This document shows, in pieces, positions 6,073 to 15,696 of a stretch of DNA of 64,000 bases (within the stretch, counting starts at the first letter, position 1; the number at the start of each line of letters is the position of its first letter). Position numbers and translations under genes: made by a program. Below the pieces are notes generated by a model. That model was given only the letters and a program-made list of their open reading frames with translations, did not search any database and was not told the DNA's origin. The DNA is from a virus, in IMG/VR virus record IMGVR_UViG_3300031963_000066, positions 1 through 64,000 of that record, one strand, 5' to 3'.

Positions 6073-6347
6073 TACTTAACCTCAACCATACTTTCGTACA
6101 GTGCTTCAAACTCTTTAGATTCTGCAACCTCAGTTTGAAATGAATTCTTGTGTTGTGTTTTTGCCATGCGTTTAAGAATCTTTTTAGGAATCTTCAACTC
6201 ATCATGTGCAAGGTCAATAATGTCTTTGATTGCAGCATTGTTGGAATCATTCTTGTGCATATGGTGAACGGCTTCATCCACATAACCTTTGAGTTTCTTC
6301 AAAGCTTCATCATCAAAAGAACCGAATAATGTATTTACTTTAGTCAT
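6072..6347 (-). CDS. dsbA: dsDNA-binding protein DsbA-like
   Basis: EAVHH..IKDIIDLAHDELKIPKKIL..HKNSF..EFEALY pattern and size match T4 DsbA as I recall it. Confidence 0.7.
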   Translation of the reverse strand: MTKVNTLFGSFDDEALKKLKGYVDEAVHHMHKNDSNNAAIKDIIDLAHDELKIPKKILKRMAKTQHKNSFQTEVAESKEFEALYESMVEVK

Positions 6348-6538
6348 TTTGCAACCATCATTCCAACAACATCATAATCAGATTCATTAACAACAACATT
6401 ACCATTTGTCAAGTTGATTGCTGTTTTACCTTGTTGTTCACCATCAGTAATAGTGAAAACAGCCACAATGTATGTGGGGTTAATGGCAATCTTGTTGCCG
6501 CTTGCTGATTCTGTAATCCAAATCATATTATTCTCCAA
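6344..6538 (-). CDS. small hypothetical protein, FlbD/SwrD-like pattern
   Basis: IAINPTYIVAV...TAINLTNGNVVVNES. Confidence 0.55.
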   Translation of the reverse strand: MENNMIWITESASGNKIAINPTYIVAVFTITDGEQQGKTAINLTNGNVVVNESDYDVVGMMVAK

Positions 6539-7205
6539 ATGTTAGGTCTGATTCTTTAGCTTCGATAGCAATCCAATATTGCATATCTTCTTTTGTATTT
6601 CTAAAATAGGATAGTCCTTTTGAAGAAATTTGTACCTCATAGGTACCGGCAATCATCTTAAAGTTTTCAGTTAAGAATAATGCCTTAAACTTTTTGCCAT
6701 TACCATCTGCAATTTCTGTAGAGTCTGTATGTGCGGAGTTATCTTTTGAATCACAAGTTGTGATGTAAATCTTTGCACCATCAGATGTGATGGCAATATT
6801 TGGTGATTGTAGAATGCTTGCTGTTTTAAGTACAGAAGCCAATTCATCTTCTTTCAGTGTGAAAGATACATCCACAGTAGGAAGATTTAACTCTTTATCT
6901 GGTGGTGTTACAATCATACTCTTTGCAGTCTTGCGATAGTTGAGCTTCTTACGGCCAACTTTAAAGATAACATGTTCGTTATCAAAATCAATTTCACCGT
7001 CTTTGTACAAGGATTGAACCGACAAAAATTGGTTCAAATCATAGATACAAAAATCTTGTGGAAAGTCATCTTTAATTCCAGCTTTTGCCAAGACAGTCTT
7101 GGTTGCAGAAATGGTTGTCAGTTTCTTACCAGTCTTAAATTCAATGCCAGGATTAATGTTGGCAAAGTTTTTAAGAACCGTCAAGGTCTCATTGGATAAT
7201 TTCAT
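6528..7205 (-). CDS. 45: sliding clamp gp45
   Basis: MKLSNETLTVLKNFANINPGI..IYDLNQFL..YWIAIE. Confidence 0.96.
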   Translation of the reverse strand: MKLSNETLTVLKNFANINPGIEFKTGKKLTTISATKTVLAKAGIKDDFPQDFCIYDLNQFLSVQSLYKDGEIDFDNEHVIFKVGRKKLNYRKTAKSMIVTPPDKELNLPTVDVSFTLKEDELASVLKTASILQSPNIAITSDGAKIYITTCDSKDNSAHTDSTEIADGNGKKFKALFLTENFKMIAGTYEVQISSKGLSYFRNTKEDMQYWIAIEAKESDLTFGE

Positions 7206-7858
7206 TACGATACTCCTTCAGTCAATTCACTTATTGTATTCGATCCGTAAGAACGAGTCAAGCACTTCATTAAAATATTTTTCAAGTCTTCCACAGTACC
7301 ATCATTTTCAATGGTGTGGTCAATATGCCCACCTATCCATCTCCATTCAGATTCATGTGGACCATTTTCATACATAAAACTTTCGGCTTTATGTGAACCT
7401 CTATTTGCCTGTGCGGCAATGTCATACCAGTGTGGTGTAATACCACGCTTTACTTCAATCATAACACCACCGTTCTTATGCACAAAATCAATTTCATTTT
7501 GAAATCGTACATCGGTGATGACATAATTTTTCTCTTTGTCAATAAGTCTTTCCAACCTATCAACCCAAAAATTCTCATGGAAAATACCACGACCAACCTC
7601 AGTACCAAGTAACTGTAGGGCTAATCGTGGTGTAAAATCCTTACCAAATTTTTTAGACCAGAATTTATCTGGTTGTTCACGCCAATCTCTGGATGTGGGT
7701 GTGTCACCTTCTAGGTAATCTCTTGGCCAATCAAACATAACTGCCGCAATGTCTTTGACACCACCAGCAAAACTAATTTGTTGAAAACCAAAATCTTTTA
7801 AAATATCACCAGCGGTACCTTTACCGCAACCAATGAAACCTACAAGGCCGACAATCAT
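7205..7858 (-). CDS. 1: deoxynucleoside monophosphate kinase (gp1-like)
   Basis: GFIGCGKGT P-loop, TPRLALQLLGTE, ITDVRFQNE, HESE; start moved to ATG 7858. Confidence 0.9.
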   Translation of the reverse strand: MIVGLVGFIGCGKGTAGDILKDFGFQQISFAGGVKDIAAVMFDWPRDYLEGDTPTSRDWREQPDKFWSKKFGKDFTPRLALQLLGTEVGRGIFHENFWVDRLERLIDKEKNYVITDVRFQNEIDFVHKNGGVMIEVKRGITPHWYDIAAQANRGSHKAESFMYENGPHESEWRWIGGHIDHTIENDGTVEDLKNILMKCLTRSYGSNTISELTEGVS

Positions 7859-8676
7859 CACATTTCTCCAACAAAGTTTGCTACAGCAGGCATGTCTCCT
7901 TTGAAATGGTAGGTGCCGATATGGTCTAAACGCATCCAAGGACACAACCAAATAGAACCACCCATCTTACGCCACAACTGACAGAACATATAATCTTCTG
8001 ATAGATAACGGTCTGAACCACCACCTGTTGCAGAATCTTTAGTGTCAATGATTGTGTCAAAGAAAGCATGAATGTATCGTGAACCATCAAAGTGTGCTTG
8101 GCCAACATGGTCAGGTTTGTAACGCAATTGTGGAAATGCTTCCGAAAATTTAGGAAATACTTCACGCTTGACCATCATAAAACCAGTTCCAATTTCCAAA
8201 ACCTCAAGTGGTTCAGAAACAGAAAACTTATCAGTGCCACGTACAGGATTAAATACATAGTCACCTGTAACTTTCTCTAATGATCCAGCATCCATATCTG
8301 GATTTTTAGTCATAGCTTTCTTAACAGAAGACCATTTGATGGCTTTCTTAGGATAAGGTCCACCAATAACATCTTTATCTAAAGCCAAAAGTGCAATCAC
8401 ATCTTTAGGATCGAAATGAATGTCTGCGTCAATAAACAACATATGTGTGCAATCTGAACGATTCAAAAATTCATCAACAAGATAGTTTCTTGCTCTAGTG
8501 ATTAAGGATTCATTGAAAAGAAATGAGAATTTCACTTGAACACCGTACTGCATACAGATGGCTTGCAAATCAAGACAGGCTTTCGCATACAATCCGTGAT
8601 TCATACCACCATACATTGGTGTGGCTACAAAAATACTTTTCTTTTGAAGTTCCTCTTTTTTAATTGAAATTTCCAT
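7858..8676 (-). CDS. putative GT-A fold glycosyltransferase
   Basis: VATPMYGG, ESLITRARN, LFIDADI (DxD), GTGFMM, LSEDYMFC. Confidence 0.7.
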   Translation of the reverse strand: MEISIKKEELQKKSIFVATPMYGGMNHGLYAKACLDLQAICMQYGVQVKFSFLFNESLITRARNYLVDEFLNRSDCTHMLFIDADIHFDPKDVIALLALDKDVIGGPYPKKAIKWSSVKKAMTKNPDMDAGSLEKVTGDYVFNPVRGTDKFSVSEPLEVLEIGTGFMMVKREVFPKFSEAFPQLRYKPDHVGQAHFDGSRYIHAFFDTIIDTKDSATGGGSDRYLSEDYMFCQLWRKMGGSIWLCPWMRLDHIGTYHFKGDMPAVANFVGEM

Positions 8677-8691
8677 TTACTCTCCAAAAAT

Positions 8692-8727
8692 AAAAAAAAG
8701 GGGAGTACCACTAGAAGTGGTCTCCCC
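8692..8727 (-). terminator. intrinsic terminator
   Basis: GGGGAGACCAC..GTGGTACTCCCC followed by T8. Confidence 0.8.
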
Positions 8728-8740
8728 ACAATTCACCTAA

Positions 8741-9010
8741 TTAGGCGCTGAAGCTGTAACCAGCTTTGATAGCAGCACGAACCATAGACTTGGTTGGTGT
8801 GCCCATACGATACACGGCAACTTTGCTACCATCACCACGGGTCTTGGTGTTGGTGTAGATTACATGACCTTCTTGGCGAAGTTCATCAATACGAGCGGCA
8901 ACATTTTGGATGCCGAAACGAGCACGAGCCTGTGCGGTTGAAAGTGTGTTGTATCCCTCTTTCTTGCTCAAGAAATTAAGGATGCGGGTTTTGGCGGATA
9001 GTTTAGTCAT
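8741..9010 (-). CDS. winged helix-turn-helix DNA-binding protein
   Basis: LSTAQARARFGIQNVAARIDELRQEGHVI; AGGAG RBS before ATG 9010; has its own promoter and terminator. Confidence 0.75.
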   Translation of the reverse strand: MTKLSAKTRILNFLSKKEGYNTLSTAQARARFGIQNVAARIDELRQEGHVIYTNTKTRGDGSKVAVYRMGTPTKSMVRAAIKAGYSFSA

Positions 9011-9066
9011 AATAAATCTCCTAATGACAAAGTTAAACAAAGTTCTTGCGTTCTGCAAGTATTCAC

Positions 9067-9095
9067 ATTATACTATTACTTAGTGTGTGTGTCAA
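9067..9095 (-). promoter_or_regulatory. sigma70 consensus promoter
   Basis: TTGACA-17-TATAAT. Confidence 0.85.
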
Positions 9096-9784
9096 GTATA
9101 TTTGCGGTATACTTTTTTATCTGCCATTTTTTTGCTGGCAAATCCTTTCAATGAGTTTTGTCTTTTCCTTAAGGATTCTTCAGGAATAAAGTCCAACTCC
9201 TCATCAATAATTTTATTCAATAATTTCCATCCAATATCCAATTCTTTTTTGGCCTGGGTTTTACTTTCGTATTCTATACCAAAAATTATTACCGATTTTG
9301 ATTGACCATTATATTTACCAGAACGAACATATTGTGGAAATATAATTTTACCATCTATCATTTTATATAGAGTTCTCCAACAAACATTTAATTTTTCTCT
9401 TGCTTCACTTCTAGAAGCATAGGTAATACCATCAATAGTAACAGGTTTTCTTTTTTTAAGGTAAAAATTTTCAGTATGTTTATATCCAAACAATCCTTCT
9501 CCACCTAAAGTGTTATTATATCCTTTTTTTAGACTATTATATTCTTTTATAAAAAAAGGTTCCATCGTGTGTAAACAATGTTCTCTATCTAAAGATTGAT
9601 ATATTACATTCCATTCAAAACCATCAAGTCCATATTTTCTTAAAGCATTATAGAATTTATATTTTTTATTGAAATTTGACGGAGATTTGTGTTCCCACAT
9701 TCTTTGTGGCCAATTTGAATCAAATCCAATATATACTTTTCCGTTTATTTTATTTGTGGCTTTGTAGATAGAATAAATATTCAT
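9092..9784 (-). CDS. GIY-YIG homing endonuclease with repeated C-terminal DNA-binding (NUMOD1-like) motifs
   Basis: SIYKATNKINGKVYIG, GYNNTLGGEG, two 'GI.Y.S...A..EL' motifs. Confidence 0.9.
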   Translation of the reverse strand: MNIYSIYKATNKINGKVYIGFDSNWPQRMWEHKSPSNFNKKYKFYNALRKYGLDGFEWNVIYQSLDREHCLHTMEPFFIKEYNSLKKGYNNTLGGEGLFGYKHTENFYLKKRKPVTIDGITYASRSEAREKLNVCWRTLYKMIDGKIIFPQYVRSGKYNGQSKSVIIFGIEYESKTQAKKELDIGWKLLNKIIDEELDFIPEESLRKRQNSLKGFASKKMADKKVYRKYT

Positions 9785-9850
9785 GCTGGCATTCCTTTAC
9801 AATGTTAGAGTAGGTAAGGACGGCAATCCTGTGACCTACACCTATTTATA
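9785..9850 (-). promoter_or_regulatory. T4 late promoter plus structured 5' UTR
   Basis: TATAAATA at 9843-9850, followed by two hairpins, the second enclosing the RBS. Confidence 0.7.
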
Positions 9851-9853
9851 CTT

Positions 9854-11119
9854 TTATCTACCTACCTGTCCTAAATATTTTTCTTTAGTCTGGTTCCAAT
9901 CCATGAATATCAAGTCATCATAGAACAATGATTCATAAGACACATTGTTCTTTTTCTTTAACATTGATATACGACCTTTGGCATATTTGGTTTTCCAAAT
10001 ATTTGCCAAGGTTTCAGGACTGGTATCAAATGATTTGACCAGTTCTTTATCACCAATCTCTTTTCTGAGATATTCACTGGTGTTATTGTAGAGAGGTGAA
10101 AAATAGATACCCCTCTGATGTTCAGTGCGAATCAATTCTTTTGGTATACTTAACTTGGAGTATGCAAAATTCAATGACCGGTTTTTGTGGTCACGCTTGA
10201 GTGGTAAACCATTTTGATTCTTGGCTTCCCACCATTCAAAATATTTACGAGTATGGTTTTCTTTGATCCAGTCAAAGACCATTTTCATAGTTTTCCTAGT
10301 GGGTTCGAAAGCAACTGACCCACTAGAAAATCCCATTTTGTTCCAATGTTCCAGGCCATCATATTGAGATAGACCATTAGACTTGGTATTACCATATAAA
10401 GAGGTTGTAGTGACGCCAACCAGTGTATCTCCATAACGAACCTTCCAATCATTTTGTACTGTATCAGACAGACACAACAATGCCAACAATTTGCCACCCA
10501 TATAATTAAATCCTAAAGGTTGCAGTGGTACAATCGTTGAACCGATTGCTGTGTGGTTAATCATTCCTTGTTGTGTCTTAACATCTCTTGCCCAACCGAT
10601 TGCAGAATCTCTTGGAGTTAAATCCAAGAAGTCGGACGATATGCAAATAACACCAAGGTATTTTCCAGATCGACCATCAACTACTGTGTAATACAAATTG
10701 CGGCCAATGTTACTATTGTTTTTCATTGTGGATGAAAATGTACGGATAGTATTCCAAGTTTCTGCACCGTCACCATTGGATAGTTGCAAAATAGGTTCTA
10801 GTTTTTCATAATCATCCGGACCTTCTGGCATCCAGAAATTCTTTTTAACCTTTTCGACTAATTTTTCTTGTGTCAAATCAATTAATTGTTTATCATCACC
10901 ATACAATGTGCTAATTGTGCGTGTCGGATATTTCTCCTGTACCTCACACCATTTCTGGTATAAAGTATACTCACGCACATCCATTTTAGATGCATAGGTT
11001 AAATTCTGAATGAGAGTTTCTTTTAATAACTCTGTGTCAATATGTTCAAATCGGGATGCATCGTTGGTTCTCGACCACACATCCCATTGAGCATCAACAT
11101 AATCTATAGGTGTTGCCAT
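9854..11119 (-). CDS. DruA/DUF4338-like protein
   Basis: IVPLQPLGFNYMGGKLLALL and VTTTSLYG..SQY motifs recalled from the DruA family. Confidence 0.55.
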   Translation of the reverse strand: MATPIDYVDAQWDVWSRTNDASRFEHIDTELLKETLIQNLTYASKMDVREYTLYQKWCEVQEKYPTRTISTLYGDDKQLIDLTQEKLVEKVKKNFWMPEGPDDYEKLEPILQLSNGDGAETWNTIRTFSSTMKNNSNIGRNLYYTVVDGRSGKYLGVICISSDFLDLTPRDSAIGWARDVKTQQGMINHTAIGSTIVPLQPLGFNYMGGKLLALLCLSDTVQNDWKVRYGDTLVGVTTTSLYGNTKSNGLSQYDGLEHWNKMGFSSGSVAFEPTRKTMKMVFDWIKENHTRKYFEWWEAKNQNGLPLKRDHKNRSLNFAYSKLSIPKELIRTEHQRGIYFSPLYNNTSEYLRKEIGDKELVKSFDTSPETLANIWKTKYAKGRISMLKKKNNVSYESLFYDDLIFMDWNQTKEKYLGQVGR

Positions 11120-11718
11120 TAAGTTCTTGCTTGCAGTTGATTCATGTTTTTAGGATTAAAATACTTGCGTCTAATTTTATCCAATTTCTTCAGACCAAAT
11201 TGTAACGCCAGTGGTTTCGCACGACTAGTATACACCATTCCGTTCATGTGGTCAAGCTCATGGAGGAAACAACGAGCAGTTATACCAGTAAATGTTTTGG
11301 TACGATTGACACCATTAAAGTCCTGGTATTCTACTTCGATTTCGGCAGGTCTTGTGATTCTCAGATTTAGGAAAGGGAAAGAAAGGCAACCTTCTTCCAT
11401 GTGTACTTCACCTTTAGAAGAAATAATTTTTGGATTGAAGTATGCCACATATTCTTCACCTGAACCCATAACAAATACACGGTGTTCGAATCCACATTGG
11501 TTTGCGGATAGTCCAATACCATTATACTTCTTACAGGTTTCTACCAGTGTGGATGCAAACTCATTGGCATTAATTGGTGCGGTTTCAAAATTAAATTCAG
11601 GCAACACCTTGTATAGTGCAGGATGATCCGGTGCAACCAAGTCGAAAGTTTCGACTGGTGTAGATTTAATCTCGGCTTGTTCAGCGGTGTTATATAAAAC
11701 AATATCTTCTGTACTCAT
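11119..11718 (-). CDS. def: peptide deformylase
   Basis: GIGLSANQ, EGCLS, HELDH. Confidence 0.95.
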   Translation of the reverse strand: MSTEDIVLYNTAEQAEIKSTPVETFDLVAPDHPALYKVLPEFNFETAPINANEFASTLVETCKKYNGIGLSANQCGFEHRVFVMGSGEEYVAYFNPKIISSKGEVHMEEGCLSFPFLNLRITRPAEIEVEYQDFNGVNRTKTFTGITARCFLHELDHMNGMVYTSRAKPLALQFGLKKLDKIRRKYFNPKNMNQLQART

Positions 11719-11721
11719 AAT

Positions 11722-12489
11722 TTATCCTATGGTTGGTTTATCAAACAACTTTTTGTATAGTTCATCCACATCAACTACTTTAGACCTAGAATCACACAAC
11801 AAAACATTTTCATCATACACTGGTCTAATAGCTAAACCACTGAACGACATTGTGGGCATTGCCTTCTTTATAAACAATAACATTTTTTCTTGGTATTGTT
11901 GATGAAATTTCCTTTGGCATAAGAAGGCTTTATTATTACCTATGGTAAATATTCTCCAATTTTTATAATTGTATTTCGACATTATAAACTCACATACTGC
12001 ACTGTTCACACCAGGATACTCCCAGTCATTGAAATCATCTACAGCAATAACACCATACTCTTTCATCTTGTCTGCAAATAAAATCAAATCATTCAGTACC
12101 ACAGGATGTTCATGGCAACCATCAATATGTAAAAACTTTAACTGATCTTTGAAAATCAAATCATCTGGAAACAATGACATTGTATCGGTTAATTTCCAAA
12201 TCAGGTTTTCACCTTTACTAAACTTTTTAATATTTTTGTCTGCAATAACTCTTTGTTCTTCGGAAAAAATATCATACAGATAAAAATTATCTTTGGTGTT
12301 TTTAAAATTGCAAATGTTAATTGCACTTCGGCCATTTGCAACACCAATCTCACAGATATCACCATCCAAATTAAATTGTATTTCTTGTAGTACACCATAC
12401 ATAAGAACAATGTCGATTGGATAAAACCAACCTGGGACTTCTTTGTCTACTACATTTCTTTGGTGTGATAGATATTCATTGAAATTCAT
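11722..12489 (-). CDS. class I SAM-dependent methyltransferase (Methyltransf_24-like)
   Basis: CEIGVANGRS, LHIDGCH, IAVDDF. Confidence 0.8.
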   Translation of the reverse strand: MNFNEYLSHQRNVVDKEVPGWFYPIDIVLMYGVLQEIQFNLDGDICEIGVANGRSAINICNFKNTKDNFYLYDIFSEEQRVIADKNIKKFSKGENLIWKLTDTMSLFPDDLIFKDQLKFLHIDGCHEHPVVLNDLILFADKMKEYGVIAVDDFNDWEYPGVNSAVCEFIMSKYNYKNWRIFTIGNNKAFLCQRKFHQQYQEKMLLFIKKAMPTMSFSGLAIRPVYDENVLLCDSRSKVVDVDELYKKLFDKPTIG

Positions 12490-14204
12490 TTTGCAATCCT
12501 TGAAAAGTTTCCTTTTTTCTCAAACTTAATGACCGAACGAAACTTATCAAATAACTGGTCACCTTTGTGTGAAATAACAAACACATTAGTATCTGTACCC
12601 ATTTCATGTATCAACTTTAGGAATTCTTCTGTGCCTACTGTGTCAAGGCTAGAATCAAACACTTCATCCAGTATCAACAAATTTGTATTGGTACTATTCT
12701 TTAGTTTGGCAATCTGACGCCAAGTAAACAATAATGCCAAGTCAATACGCATCTTTTCACCTTCGGAGAAATTGGCATAAGAGAATTCATCACGGTGCCT
12801 ACTCTTAATTGTTTCTTCAAAGTTTTCATTGATGTTGAAGTTAACAAAGAAGTCCATTGCAGACAGGTACTTGTTAATCAACTTATTCATAATAGGTAGA
12901 TATTGTTTGATAATTTTGGTCTTAATGCCGTTATCTTTCAACAAATTACCTGCAAATTCATAGTAATGTTTTTCGTTCAAAAGTGTTTCATAGTTGTTTT
13001 TATATTCATCCAACTCAGTAATTAATTCAGTTAACTTTTGGTCGCCACCGGCATTATCGGTTTGTTTCTTGGACAATTCATCAATCTCAGTATTCAACTT
13101 AGAAATATAATTGCTTACGGCCGACATGGTGGAAGTATGTCTAATAATTTCACCATTGTGTGCATTGATGTGAGAAATGATACCAGTGATTGATTCTATT
13201 TCAGAAGTTACTTTACTTAACTCTTGTTCAATCTCAAGCAAGCCAGTTTTTTGTGTGTTTATTTTATTTGACTTTTCTTCTACCTGAGAATCTTTCCACT
13301 CAGGCGTGATCGGTTGTTTACAAGTTGGACAATCATGGTTACTTTCATAGAAGTCAATCTCTTTTTGGTTTCTGTCAATATTAGTTTGGACTTTACCTTT
13401 GATTTGAAATAGACCTTTGGACTTCTTGTCTAACTTTTCTTTTTTATCACCAACTTTAGTTTGTAACACTGCAATATGTTTGTTAATCAACTCAATATCA
13501 TTTATCAATTTATTGTGTTGTTCTTTTGATTTTTCAATTTCTTCCCGTTTACGCTGAATCTCCGCATCGTTATTCTTCTTATGTTCTTCGATGTTTTGTT
13601 TTTGTAAATTGATTTTTTCTTCGGTTAAAGAAATGGCATACTTAGATTTGGTTGTCTCATCTTTAATGGATGACATTTTTTCTTTGACAACCGAATTCAT
13701 GGACGAGAAGATTTGAATGTCTAGTAAGTCCTCAATAATTGTTCTGCGGTCAGCGGCAGACAATTGCATGAAAGGAACAAAGGATGCTGAACCAAGGATG
13801 ACAACCTGCGTAAAGGACTTATAATTTAGTTTGAGAATTTGTTTCTCTAGTACTTCTTGGTAGTCTTTCGCAGCTGCATCCTGGTTCAGCAGAATATCAT
13901 TGGCGTAAATCTCAAATGTATTGGGTTTGATACCACGAATAATTTTATATCGTTTCTGGCCAATGTTGAATTCAATCTCAACCACACATTCTTTGGTGTT
14001 GATAGAATTTGGTAACTGTGGTTTGTTTATTTTACGAAATGGTTTGCCAAATAGGCCAAAGCAAAGTGCATCCAGAATCGTGGACTTACCTGCACCATTT
14101 TGCCCAATAATTAAAGTATTGGTAGACTTGGTAAAATTAATCTCGGTGAATGCTGCACCGGTGGAAAGAAAGTTTTTCCAACGAACCTTTTGAAATAAAA
14201 TCAT
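12486..14204 (-). CDS. 46: recombination endonuclease ATPase subunit gp46 (Rad50/SbcC-like)
   Basis: GQNGAGKS, CPTC hook, FSEGE, LILDEVFD. Confidence 0.97.
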   Translation of the reverse strand: MILFQKVRWKNFLSTGAAFTEINFTKSTNTLIIGQNGAGKSTILDALCFGLFGKPFRKINKPQLPNSINTKECVVEIEFNIGQKRYKIIRGIKPNTFEIYANDILLNQDAAAKDYQEVLEKQILKLNYKSFTQVVILGSASFVPFMQLSAADRRTIIEDLLDIQIFSSMNSVVKEKMSSIKDETTKSKYAISLTEEKINLQKQNIEEHKKNNDAEIQRKREEIEKSKEQHNKLINDIELINKHIAVLQTKVGDKKEKLDKKSKGLFQIKGKVQTNIDRNQKEIDFYESNHDCPTCKQPITPEWKDSQVEEKSNKINTQKTGLLEIEQELSKVTSEIESITGIISHINAHNGEIIRHTSTMSAVSNYISKLNTEIDELSKKQTDNAGGDQKLTELITELDEYKNNYETLLNEKHYYEFAGNLLKDNGIKTKIIKQYLPIMNKLINKYLSAMDFFVNFNINENFEETIKSRHRDEFSYANFSEGEKMRIDLALLFTWRQIAKLKNSTNTNLLILDEVFDSSLDTVGTEEFLKLIHEMGTDTNVFVISHKGDQLFDKFRSVIKFEKKGNFSRIAK

Positions 14205-15283
14205 GCTTGTTCAGTATTCAATGCCTCTACATAGAGTTCTTTTAATAATGTTTTCAACTTAGTATTATCTATGTTATCTTCTTTGATGTTATCGACATAC
14301 TTGTTTAGAATTGTCAGAGTATCTTCGGCCTGGTTGACCATATTGTCATCAACACCTTCGGTCAAATCTGTAAAATCTTCAGCAATTGTAATGTCTGCTG
14401 GGTTCACATTATACAGGTTATTCATGAACTTGTCAAACAAATACGGATTGGTTTTGTTTATTACAACCACTTTGACATAGGTGTTTGCATATGGTTTGAA
14501 ATCCATACCATCAAGTTCTTTAATGGTATTCACTTTGTCATCGTACATAATACGATGAAACATTTTGTTTGGATTCTCTACGAATTCAAGTTGATGAGAA
14601 TCCAAATCAAACAAATGAAAACCCCTAGCGTCATTGTAATCTTGCCAAGTAAGTTCGTATGGGTTCCCCAAATAGTAGATATCATTAGCAGAAGATTTGT
14701 GATGGTAATGACCACTAAAAGTGTGACTAAACTTCCTAAAAATTCCACGATCCAGTCCTCCTTCGGATGGCATACCACGATACATCGCAAAGCCGGCAAT
14801 CTCAAAATGACCCATACAAAGGGTTGCTGAGGTATTATTCAACTCTTGCATAGAGTTCTCGTAGTTCTCAGCGCATATCCATGGCATCATACAAACATCA
14901 GCGGTTGTGTTTGCATAGTCCAAATGAATTGTTTGTGGTGAATCAATAACATTAATGTTGTCATATTCTTTTAACAACAAATCTACCGAGTTCACATCAT
15001 TGGTGTTCTTAAAGTATGTGTCGTGATTACCTGCCAACATATGAACTTCAACACCCAATGCATACAACGGGTCAAAGAACATTTCTTTGGTGCGTTTCAG
15101 TGAGTAGAAGTTAATGTACTTTCTACGGTCAAAGGTATCACCGAGAATAAGAACAGTCTTAATCTTTTCTTTAACCAACGTTGGAAAGAATGTTTCTTTA
15201 TAAAACTTCTCATAGAAATCTAAGAAAAGTGTGGAATCATTTCTCGCACCAAAATGTTGGTCAGTTATTATTGCTACTTTCAT
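14201..15283 (-). CDS. 47: recombination endonuclease subunit gp47 (Mre11-like)
   Basis: TDQHFG, LGDTFD, GNHD, SGHYH. Confidence 0.97.
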   Translation of the reverse strand: MKVAIITDQHFGARNDSTLFLDFYEKFYKETFFPTLVKEKIKTVLILGDTFDRRKYINFYSLKRTKEMFFDPLYALGVEVHMLAGNHDTYFKNTNDVNSVDLLLKEYDNINVIDSPQTIHLDYANTTADVCMMPWICAENYENSMQELNNTSATLCMGHFEIAGFAMYRGMPSEGGLDRGIFRKFSHTFSGHYHHKSSANDIYYLGNPYELTWQDYNDARGFHLFDLDSHQLEFVENPNKMFHRIMYDDKVNTIKELDGMDFKPYANTYVKVVVINKTNPYLFDKFMNNLYNVNPADITIAEDFTDLTEGVDDNMVNQAEDTLTILNKYVDNIKEDNIDNTKLKTLLKELYVEALNTEQA

Positions 15284-15696
15284 TTACTCTTTTCAATTTC
15301 CAATACTCTTTGCCGTAACTCAGTGGTTGAAAAACTGTGTTGGCGACTGTTAAAATAGACTGACATAGGTAACTGATAACCAGTAAACTGTTTATCCCTA
15401 TATTCTTCACCTATGATTCTAACATCTATTGGATAAGAAGTCAATATGTCCATCAATTCTTTTTCAGTGGCATATGGTATAATTTCATCAACAAATTTAC
15501 AAGCCTGTACCTGTATGAATCTTTCCAGTACCGTTTGTATTGGTTTGTTTTTAGTGGTAGGTCTATCAATCGTAGGATCCATTTGTAAACCTACCATCAA
15601 ATAATCACACTGAGTCTTTGCCTCTTTCAACATCATCACATGGCCAGCATGGAACAAATCAAAAGTTGAACATGTAAATCCTATTCTCATAATCAC
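15280..15696 (-). CDS. cytidylyltransferase (TagD-like)
   Basis: STFDLFHAGH, RQHSFSTT. Confidence 0.9.
   Translation of the reverse strand: MIMRIGFTCSTFDLFHAGHVMMLKEAKTQCDYLMVGLQMDPTIDRPTTKNKPIQTVLERFIQVQACKFVDEIIPYATEKELMDILTSYPIDVRIIGEEYRDKQFTGYQLPMSVYFNSRQHSFSTTELRQRVLEIEKSK

Noticed and set aside
7859-7951. N-terminal extension of the dNMP kinase in the ORF track
   Set aside because: Overlaps the upstream gene; the P-loop domain starts at ATG 7858 with GGAG upstream.
9092-9784. Group I intron around the homing endonucleases (also 33447-33950)
   Set aside because: Flanking genes are intact and intergenic space is too short for an intron core; these are free-standing.
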